A stretch of DNA of 64,000 bases from Anaeramoeba ignava BMAN (GCA_028826165.1 JAPDFW010000109.1:134388-198387), one strand, 5' to 3'. Positions 1 through 13,500 are shown, counted from the stretch's first letter. The notes: a model not told the origin generated them from the sequence alone. Translations and numbers: made by a program.

Positions 1-1
1 T

Positions 2-106
2 GGTCAATATTTTCCATCAACTGGAGTATTTTTATCGTTTGAACAATGGGAAGAATTAAAAGAAGTTGAAGATGGGGTTAAAGATGCATACGAGAAAATG
101 AAATGA
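2..106 (+). CDS. SUB1: 3' end of PC4/Sub1-family ssDNA-binding transcriptional coactivator (partial)
   Basis: Frame from nt 2 reads GQYFPSTGVFLSFEQWEELKEVEDGVKDAYEKMK*, resembling the PC4 C-terminal GxxxPxxKGIxLxxEQWxxLK motif; stop TGA at 104-106. Confidence 0.6.
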   Translation, partial: GQYFPSTGVFLSFEQWEELKEVEDGVKDAYEKMK

Positions 107-304
107 AATGATTTTCTTTTTTTTTTTAATTAAAATATTCTCTCAAATTTTTTATCAAATATTGAATTTGGATTGAAATTGAAACTTTTACAAACTATTT
201 ACTTTCAAATTAATTGAAAAATTTTTACAAACTATTTACTTCCAAATTAATTAAAATTTATTCAAAATATTATTTACTTCCAAATTCTTTCTTTTTATAA
301 ATTT

Positions 305-1720
305 TCAAATCAAATTTAAATTTATATTATTAATCAATTTCTCTTCAATTCTAATTCTTGTTTTGTTAAAATTTGTTTGTATTTCTGGAAATTGCTCTTC
401 AGGAAAAATTATATTCAAACATTCTTTTCGAAAAGAGAAATCAAAGGAACGAGAAATTATTCTTGTGAATGAAAATGAGACTGTTGATGAAATTTCTCGA
501 ATTTTTTGTGTTTTTTTGCTTCCATTGATCCTTTTTTTTGTAACAACAATCTTCTTTTCTTTGAATAATTTTCCTAAACTTTGAGAAATGGAATTATCCA
601 AAATGGGAATAAATTCAGTTTTTTGGTTTTGTAAATTTTGGAAAGGAAGTTGATTTTCTATTTGAATATTTAGGAAACATATTAGATTAGAGTTGGCAGA
701 ATTAAAAGGAGATGAAATTGGAAATGAAATTGGAGACAAATACAATTCGTTGAAATATTGTGGGAAACACTTTTTTGGATTGAGTAAACTTATTCCAAAT
801 TTCCACCAACTAAAATGAGTTTCGAGAAAATCCTGAAAAAATTCAGAAATGGTTGATTCGTTATTTTGAAAAAAAGGGAATGGTTGATTATTGATATAAA
901 TTTGGATAATTAAATTTTGGTGATTTGATCCATTTTTAAAAAGAAAACAATAAGATTGACAAGTAATTTTTTCTGATGAAGAGATTGAATGGAAAATTTT
1001 TGGTTTTTTGGATAAGTTTTGCTGTTCAACTTCAAAAAGATCTAAAATTCCTTTTTTCCAAAAGAGTGGAACATTTTGAGAATTTTGATTTTTAGATTTT
1101 TGAGTTATTTTTTCGAATTGGAAAAGGGAATCAAAGAATTCAATCTGGAAAATGGTTTTTGGATTAGGAATTTTGAACAAAAGAAGAATTTTTTTAATAT
1201 TCTGGATTAATAAAGGAAGATTTTTATCTTTTGGATTTGAAATTCTAAAGGAAATTGAATTTGAATTTGAATTTGAATTTGAATTTGAATTTAAGAATCT
1301 TTTTGAAATTAATTTAAAATCATTTGAATCTTTTAAAAATTGATAAGAATTTTGAATTTTTTTTCCTTTAAAAATGGAAATGATTTGAAAAATTTTTTCT
1401 TGATTAATTGATTTTTGATAAATTTCTTTCATTAATATTTTTAAATTTTCTTCATTAAAAATTTGGGAATTATTTGTAATTTTTGTTTTAACTTTAAATT
1501 GGATTGAATCTTCTAAGTTTATTAAAGAAATTTTAATTAATTTGAATTTAATTTTGAAAGGGTTTGAATTTTCTTGTTTTTTTTGAAATAAAAAAGAAAG
1601 AATTTTTTCAATTAAAAAGAAAATGAATGATTGAAAATTGATTTTATATTTCCAAATAAAAAAAGGGTTTTTGAATTGATTTTGATGAAACAATGAATTA
1701 TTAGAATTTTTTCCAAACAT
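305..1720 (-). CDS. TOP6BL: Putative TopoVIB-like (TOP6BL/MTOPVIB) meiotic Spo11 partner
   Basis: 471-aa single ORF. FSWWKFGISL resembles the transducer WxxYG(L/I) motif. The C-terminal ISSTVSFSFTRIISRSFDFSFRKECLNII resembles the I/LxxSxDxxFRxxCL helix of TOP6BL/MTOPVIB proteins. Confidence 0.6.
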   Translation of the reverse strand: MFGKNSNNSLFHQNQFKNPFFIWKYKINFQSFIFFLIEKILSFLFQKKQENSNPFKIKFKLIKISLINLEDSIQFKVKTKITNNSQIFNEENLKILMKEIYQKSINQEKIFQIISIFKGKKIQNSYQFLKDSNDFKLISKRFLNSNSNSNSNSNSISFRISNPKDKNLPLLIQNIKKILLLFKIPNPKTIFQIEFFDSLFQFEKITQKSKNQNSQNVPLFWKKGILDLFEVEQQNLSKKPKIFHSISSSEKITCQSYCFLFKNGSNHQNLIIQIYINNQPFPFFQNNESTISEFFQDFLETHFSWWKFGISLLNPKKCFPQYFNELYLSPISFPISSPFNSANSNLICFLNIQIENQLPFQNLQNQKTEFIPILDNSISQSLGKLFKEKKIVVTKKRINGSKKTQKIREISSTVSFSFTRIISRSFDFSFRKECLNIIFPEEQFPEIQTNFNKTRIRIEEKLINNINLNLI

Positions 1721-1789
1721 TTTTTTTTTAAGAAGAAAACAAAAAAAATGAAATAAAAAAATAAAGAAAAATTTGAAATTTTATTTGAA

Positions 1790-3022
1790 ACAAAAACAAT
1801 TGAAATTGAAATTAAAACAACATTTGAAATTGAAATCAAAATAAATAAATAAAAGTGGAATGAAAATTTTAATCAAAAATAAAATAATCAAAAACAAAAA
1901 CAAAAACATTTGAAATTGAATTTGAAATTGAATTTGAAATTAAATTTGAAATTGAATTTGAATTTAAAATTAAATTTGAATTTGAAATTGAATTTGAATT
2001 TGAAATTAAAATAAATAAAAGTGGAATGAAAATTTTAATCAAAAATAAAATAATCAAAAACAAAAACATTTGAAATTGAATTTGAAATTGAAATTGAATT
2101 TGAAATTAAAATAAATAAAAGTGGAATGAAAATTTTAATCAAAAATAAAATAATCAAAAACAAAAACAAAAACATTTGAAATTGAAATTAAATTTGAAAT
2201 TGAAATTGAAATTAAATTTGAAATTGAATTTGAATTTGAAATTGAATTTGAATTTGAAACTGAATTTGAAATTGAAATTGAATTTGAATTTGAATTTGAA
2301 TTTGAATTTGATTTTGAAATTAAATTTGAAATTAAATTTGAAATTGAATTTGAATTTGAAATTGAAATTGAATTTGAAATTGAAATCAAAATAAATAAAT
2401 AAATAAAAGTGGAATGAAAATTTTGATCAAAAATAAAATAATCAAAAACAAAAACATTTGAAATTGAAATTTGAAATTGAATTTGAATTTGAAATTGAAT
2501 TTGAATTTGAAATTGAAATTGAAATTAAAACAACATTTGAAATTGAAATTGAAATTGAAATTGAAATCAAAATAAATAAATAAATAAAAGTGGAATGAAA
2601 ATTTTGATCAAAAATAAAATAATCAAAAACAAAAACATTTTAAATTAAATTTGAAATTGAAATTGAAATTTGAAATTGAAATTGAAATTGAAATTAAAAC
2701 AACATTTGAAATTGAAATCAAAATAAATAAATAAAAGTGGAATGAAAATTTTAATCAAAAATAAAATAATCAAAAACAAAAACATTTGAAATTGAAATTT
2801 GAAATTGAAATTAAATTTGAAATTGAAATTAAATTTGAAATTGAATTTGAAATTGAAATTGAATTTAAAATTGAAATTGAATTTGAAATTGAAATTGAAT
2901 TTAAAATTGAAATTGAATTTGAAATCAAAATAAATAAATAAATAAAAGTGGAATGAAAATTTTAATCAAAAATAAAATAATCAAAAACAAAAACATTTGA
3001 AATTAAATTTGAAATTGAATTT

Positions 3023-3057
<35 letters not shown>

Positions 3058-3365
3058 TTTGAAATTGAAATTGAAATTGAATTTGAATTTGATTTTGAAT
3101 TTGAATTTGAATTTGAATTTGATTTTGAAATTTGATTTTGAAATTGAAATTAAATTTGAAATTGAATTTGAATTTGAAATTGAATTTGAATTTGAAATTG
3201 AATTTGAAACTTGAATTTGAAATTGAAATTGAAATTGAATTTGAATTTGAATTTGATTTTGAAATTAAATTTGAAATTAAATTTGAAATTGAAATTGAAT
3301 TTGAAATTAAAACGACATTTGAAATTGAAATTGAATTTGAAATTAAAAGAAAAGTGGAATGAAAA
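1790..3365. repeat. Composite tandem repeat: constant ~60-bp block plus variable-length (TTGAAA/TTGAAT)n tracts
   Basis: The block aaataaaaGTGGAAtgaaaatttt(a/g)atcaaaaataaaataatcaaaaacaaaaacattt recurs with GTGGAA at 1855, 2021, 2121, 2409, 2590, 2737, 2948 and (partial) 3354. Confidence 0.9.
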
Positions 3366-3571
3366 TAAAAAAAAAATAAAATTTCTCCTTTTTGTTTTTT
3401 TAAATTTTTTTTTTTCTCCTTTTTTTTTCTTAAATTCCATTTTTTTTTAATTAAATTTTTTTTTTTCATTTTTTTCATTTTTTTTTAATTAAAAAAAACA
3501 AAAGCAAAAAAAAAAAAAAATTTAAATTAAAAAAGGAAAAAAAAAAATTTAATAAACAAAAACACAAAAAA

Positions 3572-5960
3572 ATGACTGATGAGAGTTCAGATCTTAATAC
3601 TTCTAGCGATGAAGATGAAGGTATAAATAGAACAAAAAAAGACAAAATCAAACTTGAAACGCATAAAGAAGGAAAAACAAAAGAATTAATTGATTATTTA
3701 GCCAAATTACAAACAATATTTAAGGAACAAAAAGAAATAAAAAACCGACAAAAAGAAATTCCAAATGAAATAAAGGATTTTGATTTAACAAAACAAAAGG
3801 AATTCCAGCATTTGAAAGACTTTTTGGGAATTTTGTCAAATGAAAAAATACTGGAAAACGAATCAATGAATTTATTTGTTAATTCAATTGATAGTGACTT
3901 GATTTATTGGATCCAAAAAATAAATGAATACCAAGAATTTCTTGAAGAAAAAAAAGACAAAAAAAAAGATGAAAAAACTAAAGCTGAGCAAAAAAAACTC
4001 CGTCAAATCAAAAAGGATATTGAAAAGCTCAAAAAATATTCGGCAAGTTACAAAAAATCAACTCATCCATTTATTCAACTTGAACAGGCAAATTCTTTAA
4101 TGGATGAAGTGCGAAAATTTAAGGAATTGAATGACATGTTTTCAAAGCAAAGTGAATCTTGCTTTGAAAATTTATTTGGTTTTTATTTATTAAAGGAGTT
4201 GCAACAAATTATGAAAGAAAAACATTCTTGGTCGCAGTTCTTTTACAATTCAATCCAAAAAAAAATTTTAGCGTTGATATCAAAAGGCAAACAAAAACAA
4301 GAACCAAAAATCAAAGACGAGCAAAAGACTTTAATTCGTGATTACAATATGAATTTAACAAAATGTCAAATCAACAAATCTTTAATGAAAAACAATATCA
4401 AGCTGGGAATTGAAAATGAAACAGTTTCTTTGAAACTTTCTAAAGAAATTGACAAAAAAAAAAGCAGTTATGATAAAATCAGTTTGTCAAGCGGTGATAT
4501 TTCATTGTTCAAATCATTTAAGAATTTAGATTTAAAAAATGACAAGCCAAAATTTAATTATTCAAAGGAAATGCCCAGTAATTTAGAAAATCACAGAAAA
4601 TTTTCAAATTTACCAAAAGACATTAAAAATCTGAAAGCACTTCCAGAGGATATAGAAGCACAATTTAATAAAGAATTCCAACAACTTTCTAGGAATGATG
4701 AAACCGATCTTGTTCGTTCTACTAGCTTAACTGATCTGAATTTTACTAAAAAGCTTCTCCCACATTTAATTTTTTCACATCCAGTTTTGTTAGACTTGAA
4801 CATGTTTGGATATTCTCAAAAAAGCAAGAAAAAACTATTTATCAGCTATCCATTCTATCAAAAAACATTCAAACTCTTAATTGAATCAGAAAAGTATTCG
4901 GATTTTTCAATGATTTTATATGTTCGTCAGATTCTCTCTTTTCTGGAGTATTTGAACTCAAAGGATTGCTTCCTAAATGTGGATCCATCTCATTTTGTAA
5001 TTGATGAAGAACATCAATCAATCTATCTTTATGATTTAACCAACTTAACATTTTTAGAAGAAAAACAACAAGAACAAGAACAACAAGATAAAAAAGGAAA
5101 AAAAGGAAAAAAAGGAAAAAAAGGAAAAAAAGATAAGAGTAAAGATAAGAATAATGAACAAGAGGATCAAAAAGCTGTCAAAGAAAAACTGGAAGAAGAA
5201 CAAGAAGAGTCTCTGAAAAAACTTTTTGAAATCATCCCACTTTTTAAACAGCCAGAATTCCAAATTATTAAAGAAAAAATTTCATCGCCATCTTCTCTTC
5301 TCAAGTTGGATTTCTTTAACAATTTTTTACCTTTCCCATATCTTCCTGTTAACGACACAGATTTATGGAAACCAAAAGAACTTTTACCACCAAATCCTTT
5401 ATATTATCAAATCAAAGACATGGTTTATTCTTCTGCTTTATCTTTTGAAGGCAATTTATCACTTAATCCTTTTTTTAAGATCATTTCAGTTAAAATGATT
5501 GGAAATCCAAAAACTTGGAATGATTATTTCATTTATAAAATCCAGAACAAAAAAGAACTAGAAGAAAGCAAAAACAATGAAAACAAAAAGAAAAAGAAAG
5601 AAAAAGAAATTGATTCTGCTTTTAAAATTAATGATTTTGGAGAGTTTTATTTATTTCATGGGAGCTTTATTTGATGATTTACGTTTGTTTTCTTCTTTTG
5701 CTAATCAAACTTTAAAAAATTCCATTTCAATTCCTTCTGGTTTTCAATTTTCGGATAATTTTTCTTTTATTACAAAACAAGCTGTTTCTAATTTTGATTC
5801 AAAAGTTTTTTATGTTCAATTATGTCGTGTTGTTTTGGGTCAAGATTATTTATCTCAAGTTAAAGAACAAAGAATTTGGGAAATTTATCATTCTAATCAA
5901 TTTTATCCTGAATTTGAAATTGCTTATCAGATTCATATTCCTGAAAAACACAAGAAATAA
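3572..5960 (+). CDS. Coiled-coil + pseudokinase + C-terminal PARP-like ADP-ribosyltransferase domain protein (one frameshift at ~5660)
   Basis: ORF 3572..5674 has a kinase-like core (SHPVLLDL...LFISYPFY...RQILSFLEYLNSK...NVDPSHFVI...IYLYDL) and then YLFHG. Removing one G from catggga joins ORF 5577..5960 (FHGALFDDLR...GFQFSDN...LCRVVLG...IWEIYHSNQFYPEFEIAY), which fits the PARP catalytic fold. Confidence 0.7.
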
Positions 5961-6069
5961 TTCTTTTTTTTTCTTTTCTTTTCTTTTCTTTTCTTTTTCT
6001 TTTCTTTTCAATTCAATTCAATTTTTTTCAATTCAATTTTCAATTCAATTTTCAATTCAATTTTCAAAA

Positions 6070-9000
6070 TTTTAAAAAAAAAATAAAAATAAAAATAAAA
6101 AGATTAAAATTAAATTATTTATTCCACTTTTTTTTGAATTAAATTTATTTTATTTTTGAATAAGTTTTAAATTAATATTAATAAAAAAAAGAATAAATTT
6201 AAATCATTTTGAATAAGTTTTAAATAAATTAATAAATAAAAATAAAAATTAAAAAAAATTAAAATTAAATTATTTAATCTAATTTTTGAATAATAAAAAG
6301 AATTAAATTAAATTTACTTTTTGAATAAATTTATTTTATTTTTGAATAAGTTTTAAATTAATATTAATAAAAAAAAGAATAAATTTAATTCATTTTGAAT
6401 AAGTTTTAAATAAATTAATAAATAAAAATAAAAAGATTAAAATTAAATTATTTATTCCACTTTTTTTTGAATTAAATTTATTTTATTTTTGAATAAAAAG
6501 ATTAAAATTTTATAAATTACTTTTTGAATTAAAAATTAATTTTTGAATAAGTTTTAAATTAATTTAATAAAAAGAATTTTTAAATTAATTTGAATAATTT
6601 TTGAATAAAAATAAAAAGATTAAAATTAAATTATTTATTCCACTTTTTTTTTTGAATTAAATTTAATTTATTTTTAAATAAGTTTTAAATTAATATTAAT
6701 AAAAAAAAGAATAAATTTAAATCATTTTAAATAAGTTTTAAATAAAAAAAAAAAGAAAAAAAGAATAAAAAAAAATGACAGCAATGGGATTCGAACCCAC
6801 GTCCTTACGGAATAGCGCCTTAAGCTACCGCCTTAGACCACTCGGCCATACTGTCTTTATTTTATTTAAATTTTTTTTTTAAAATTTTATCTATTTATTC
6901 TATTCTTTTTATTTTTTATTTATTTTAATTATAAAAATATAAATGAAATTAAATATAATTAAATTAAATAGTATTTATAATTATTTATTAAATTATCTGA
7001 ATAAAATAAATTTATTATTAAAATAGATTAAATTATATTTTATTCAATTTAAATTATTTATTCCACTTTTTTTCAATTTAATAATAAAAATATAAATCAA
7101 ATTAAATATAATTAAATTAAATATTATTTATAATTATTTATTAAATTATCTGAATAAAATAAATTTATTATTAAAATAGGTTAAAATTATATTTTATTCA
7201 ATTTAAATTATTTATTCCACTTTTTTTCAATTTAATTATAAAAATATAATCCGAAATTAAATATAATTAAATTAAATAGTATTTATAATTATTTATTAAA
7301 TTATCTAAATAAAATAAATTTATTATTAAAATATATTAAATTATATTTTATTCAATTTAAATTATTTATTCCACTTTTTTCAATTTAATAATAAAAATAT
7401 AAATCAAATTAAATATAATTAAATTAAATATTATTTATAATTATTTATTAAATTATCTAAATAAAATAAATTTATTATTAAAATAGATTAAAATTATATT
7501 TTATTCAATTTAAATTATTTATTCCACTTTTTTTTAAATTTAATAATAAAAATATAAATGAAATTAAATATAATTGAATTAAATAGTATTTATAATTATT
7601 TATTAAATTATCTAAATAAAATAAATTTATTATTAAAATAGATTAAATTATATTTTATTTTAATTTAAATTATTTATTCCACTTTTTTTCAATTTAATAA
7701 TAAAAATATAAATTAAATTAAATATAATTAAATTAAATATTATTTATAACTATTTATTAAATTATTTAAATAAAATAAATTTATTATTAAAATAAGATTA
7801 AAATTATATTTTATTCAATTTAAATTATTTATTCCACTTTTTTTTGAATTAAATTTAATTAATTTTAAAATAAGTTTTAAATTAAATTAAATTATTTATT
7901 CCACTTTTTGAATTAAATTTAATTAATTTTAAAAATAAAAAGATTTTTAAATTAATATTAATAAAAAGAATAAATTTAAATCATTTTAAATAAGTTTTAA
8001 ATAATAAAAAAAAGAATAAATTTAATTCATTTTGAATAAGTTTTAAATAAATTAATACCGTAAAATAAAAGATTAAAATTAAATTATTTATTCCCTTTTT
8101 GAATTAAATTTATTTTTTTAATTTTTAAAATTTTAAATCTATTTATTAAAAATTTTAATTTTAATTTATTTTAATAAGTTAAAAATAAAATGAAAAATTA
8201 AATAAAATTGAATTAAATAGTATTTATAATTATTTATTAAATTATCTAAATAAAATAAATTTATTATTAAAATTTTATTAAAATTTATTTTATTCAATTT
8301 ATTTCTTTATTTTATTTTTTCAATTTTAATAATAAAAATATAATCCAAATTAAATATAATTAAATTAAATATTATTTATAATTATTTATTAAATTATCTA
8401 AATAAAATAAATTTATTATTAAAATAGGTTAAATTATATTTTATTCAATTTAAATTATTTATTCCACTTTTTTTCAATTTAATAATAAAAATATAAATCG
8501 AAATTAAATATAATTGAATTAAATATTATTTATAATTATTTATTAAATTATCTGAATAAAATAAATTTATTATTAAAATAGATTAAATTATATTTTATTC
8601 AATTTAAATTATTTATTCCATTTTTTTTCAATTTAATAATAAAAATATAAATGAAATTAAATATAATTGAATTAAATATTATTTATAATTATTTATTAAA
8701 TTATCTAAATAAAATAAATTTATTATTAAAATATATTAAATTATATTTTATTTTAATTTAAATTATTTATTCCATTTTTTTTTTATTTATTTTAATAATA
8801 AAAATATAAATCAAATTAAATATAATTGAATTAAATATTATTTATAATTATTTATTAAATTATCTGAATAAAATAAATTTATTATTAAAATAAGATTAAA
8901 TTATATTTTATTCAATTTAAATTATTTATTCCACTTTTTTTCAATTTAATAATAAAAATATAATCCAAATTAAATATAATTAAATTAAATATTATTTATA

Positions 9001-10470
9001 ATTATTTATTAAATTATTTAAATAAAATAAATTTATTATTAAAATAGATTAAAATATATATTTTATTTAATTTAAATTATTTATTCCACTTTTTCAATTT
9101 AATAATAAAAATATAAATCAAATTAAATATAATTAAAATTTTTAAATAAATATTTATAAAATTATTTAAATAAAATAATTTTTGAATAAGTTTTAAAAAT
9201 AAATTAATAAATAAAAATTTTATTTAAATTTAAATTATTTATTCCACTTTTTTTTAATTAATAAAAATATAATTTTAAATAAAATATTTAAATTAAAAGT
9301 ATTAATAAATTTAATAAATTTAAATAATTTAAAATAATTTTAAATAAAAAGATTAAAAAATATTTTATTCAAAAAAATTATTTATTCACTTTTTCAATTT
9401 AATAATAAAAATATAATCCAAATTAAATATAATTAAATTAAATATTATTTATAATTATTTATTAAATTATTGAATTTAAATTTATTTTTAAAATTATATC
9501 TAAATTATATTTTTTATAAATTTAAATTTTTATTTAATAATAAAAAATATAAATGAAATTAAATATAATTGAATTAAACATTATTTATAATTATTTATTA
9601 AATTATCTAAATAAAATAAATTTATTATTAAAAATAAGATTAAAATTATATTTTATTCAATTTAAATTATTTATTCCACTTTTTTTAAATTTAATAATAA
9701 AAATATAAACCAAATTAAATATAATTGAATTAAATATTATTTATAATTATTTATTAAATTATCTAAATAAAATAAATTTATTATTAAAATATATTAAATT
9801 ATATTTTATTCAATTTAAATTATTTATTCCACTTTTTTTGAATTAAATTTAATTAATTTTTGAATAAGTTTTAAATTAATAATAAAAAGAATAAATTTAA
9901 ATCATTTTAAATAAGTTTTAAATAAAAAAAGAATAAAAATTATTTATTAAATTATCTAAATAAAATAAATTTATTATTAAAATAGATTAAAATATATTTT
10001 ATTTAAATTTTTAAAATTTTATCTATTTATTCTATTCTTTTTATTTTTATTTATTTTAATTATAAAAATATAAATCAAATTAAATATAATTAAATTAAAT
10101 ATTATTTATAATTATTTATTAAATTATTTAAATAAAATAAATTTATTATTAAAATAGATTAAAAATATATTTTATTTTAATTTAAATTATTTATTCCATT
10201 TTTTTCAATTTAATAATAAAAATATAATTCAAATTAAATATAATTAAATTAAATATTATTTATAATTATTTATTAAATTATCTAAATAAAATAAATTTAT
10301 TATTAAAATAGATTAAATTATATTTTATTTAATTTAAATTATTTATTCCACTTTTTTTTGAATTTAATAATAAAAATATAATTCAAATTAAATATAATTA
10401 AATTAAATATTATTAATAATTATTTATTAAATTATCTAAATAAAATAAATTTATTATTAAAATAATATTA
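6070..10470. repeat. AT-rich satellite, ~154-bp monomer, with higher-order structure
   Basis: The marker attccact occurs at 7061, 7215, 7369, 7522, 7677 and 7832 (spacing 153-155 bp) and continues through 8.4-10.4 kb. A related unit occupies 6070-6775. Confidence 0.9.
6776..6855 (-). tRNA. trnL-AAG: tRNA-Leu(AAG)
   Basis: Reverse complement is GACAGTATGGCCGAGTGGTCTAAGGCGGTAGCTTAAGGCGCTATTCCGTAAGGACGTGGGTTCGAATCCCATTGCTGTCA: 7-bp acceptor stem, D loop with GG, anticodon loop TTAAGGC, long variable arm, GGTTCGAATCC T arm, followed by a T-run (Pol III terminator). Confidence 0.97.
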
Positions 10471-10567
10471 AAATGCTCCTTTTTTTTTATTTTGGTTTGT
10501 TGTTGATCTTTTGAAAATAAAATAAATTGAAAAAATAAAAATAAAAAAATAAAAAAAAAGATTTGAA

Positions 10568-13500
10568 TTAATTTTTGGATTTGACTTTTGATTTAATCGC
10601 AAATAATTCTTCAATTTTCTCTGCAGTTTTAATACCCAGTCTTCCATCAGGAAAAATATTTGAAGAGACTTGGAAATGCTTAATCAATTCAACAAGAAAA
10701 GAAGGTTCTTTAATAACATTATGATCAGTTGAAAAACCAAGATTTGATAATTTGGAACAAATATTTTGAAGAGTGTTTTTAATTTGAGAAAATAAATTAA
10801 AATTCAATTCTTGATCGATTCTTTTATTCAAATAAGAAATTTTATTTTGAGTTTGTTTCCCTTTATTTTTAAGAAATCGTGTTTTAAATCCTTGAATTCC
10901 TAATAAAGTAACATCATTCAAAACACCATCAATTTTTGAAATTGAGGGAAATAAATCCAAATGTTGAAGAGAAACTTGCAGTTCCAAAACTAAATCATTT
11001 ACAGCTTGATTAATTGGAATATTTTTTGATATTTGATAATCTTTTCGAAATTTTTCTTCAAGATCTTCAATTTTTTCAATTTTTCGAATTAAATTTTTTT
11101 CCGAATTTCCAACTAATCTGATAAGATTTAAATTGAGATTAATCAATGGTTGATCTTGTTCAAAATCACCAGATGGAATAAGAAATAATGTTTGATTGTC
11201 ACTAGTGAAGGAAGTTGAATTAGAAATTAAAATGTTTCCTTCTGGTAATTCTGCTAAATAAAGTTCAGGAATATCAAATGAAAAAAACATTTTGTTGATT
11301 AACGCTTGTTGTGATTCTGTTGTGTTTGAGTCAAAATTGATAATGCATGCTTTTACTTTATCTTCTTTGTTTCCTGTATGATATACGAATGTGGAAAAGA
11401 ATTTTATAACATTTACATTCCTAATTTTAAATTTTAAATTTGAATTTTAATTTTAATTTGAATTTAAATTTTGAAATGAATTTAAATTTCAATATGAATT
11501 TAAATTTTAAAATGAATTTAAATTTCAATATGGATTTAAATTTTAAAATGAATTTTAATTTGAATTTAAATTTTAATTTTAAAATGAATTTAAATTTTAA
11601 TTTGGATTTAAATTTTAATTTAAATTTTAATTTTAAAATGAATTTAAATTTTAATTTGGATTTAAATTTTAAAATGAATTTTAATTTTAAAATAAATTTA
11701 AATTTTAAAATGAATTTAAATTTTAAAATGAATTTAAATTTTAAAATGGATTTTAATTTCAATATGAATTTAAATTTTAAATTTAAATTTTGAAATGAAT
11801 TTTAATTTTAAAATGAATTTTAATTTTAAAATGGATTTTAATTTCAAAATGGATTTAAATTTTAAAATGGATTTAAATTTTAAAATGAATTTAAATTTTA
11901 ATACCATTCCGCTATACTATAAAGTTGATATCCTTCAAGAATAAATGTTTCAGTTTGAATTTTCATATAAGGTGTTTTTGAAGCTAATTCTTTAAATTTT
12001 GTTGGTTCAAAAACTATTAAATTTCGATTAATAACATTAAGAGAACATTTTTGAAGTTTGTCTGCTGATAAATTTTCAATAAAATTTGCTGATAAATCAA
12101 CAGAAACAAGATAATAGCCAAGTTCTGTATTAAGGAAATCTTCATCACAAAATTCGTTTATGAATGAAATTGTTCTAAAATTTATTTAAATTTTTTTTTG
12201 ATTTGAATTTGATTTTTATTTTGAGTTTTTTTGATATAATACGTTCTTAAATTTGAAATCCCAGCTTTTATTATAACAAAATTTAAAACATCAACAAAAT
12301 CATCAGCTCCTACAGTTATATTTGGACTACGAGAAGAGATCTTTTGATAATTAAATATAGTTTAATATTAATTTTATATTTAATTTTATATTTAATTTTA
12401 TATCTAATTTTATATTTAATTTTATATTTAATTTCGTATTTAATTTTATATTTAATTTTATATCTATTTTTATATCTAATTTTAATATTTAATTTTATAT
12501 TTAATTTTATATTTAATTTTATATTTAATTTTATATTTAATTTTATATTTAATTTTATATCTAATTTTATATTTAATTTTATATTTAATTTTATATCTAT
12601 TTTTATATCTATTTTTATATTTAATTTTATATTTAATTTTATATTCAATTTTATATCTATTTTTATATCTATATTTTATATTTAATTTTATATCTAATTT
12701 TATATTTAATTTAATATCCAATTTAATATTTAATTTTATATTCAATTTTATATTCAATTTTATATTCAATTTTATATTCAATTTTATATCTATTTTTATA
12801 TTTATTTTATAAACCTGATTATAAATAGCTTGTGATGCATTTAAAATTGTGTATAATTTATCTGTTGGTGTTGATGAGAATGGTAATGTTTTCATAAAAG
12901 AAATTGCATCTATAAATGGGATCAATTCTGATGATTGTATTTTTGGACTTATATGTAATTGTTCTTGGACAATATTAGCAAATGAACAACATTTTTTGAA
13001 TATAATATCATCTTTTTCTTTTGTTAAAACTTGTTCAAGACAAGTTTTATAAATTTTTGGAAAAATATAATTTTCTAAAGCAATTTTAACATCATCTTCT
13101 TGATTTTCAGTATCATCTTGTAATTCAAGATATTCGCTGGTGATTTGATTAATAAAATCCTAATAATTTTGAATTTAATAATTTGAATTTTGAATTTTGA
13201 ATTTTGAATTTAATAATTTGAATTTTGATTTTAATAATTTGAATTTTGAATTTAATAATTTGAATTTTGAATTTTGAATTTAATAATTTGAATTTTGATT
13301 TTGATTTTGAATTTTGAATTTTGAATTTTGAATTTTGAATTTTGATAATTTGAATTTTGATTTAATAATTTGAATTTTGAATTTAATAATTTGAATTTTG
13401 AATTTAATAATTTGAATTTTGATTTTGATAATTTGAATTTTGATTTAATAATTTGAATTTTGAATTTTGATTTTTGAATTTTAAATTTCCTTGTTTATAC

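Noticed and set aside
1790-3365. CRISPR-like repeat/spacer array
   Set aside because: Spacers are low-complexity microsatellites of very unequal length, there are no cas genes, and the context is eukaryotic.
5655-5675. Programmed ribosomal frameshift between kinase and ART parts
   Set aside because: No slippery heptamer or downstream structure; a single extra G in a G-run explains it, and similar indels are common in this assembly.
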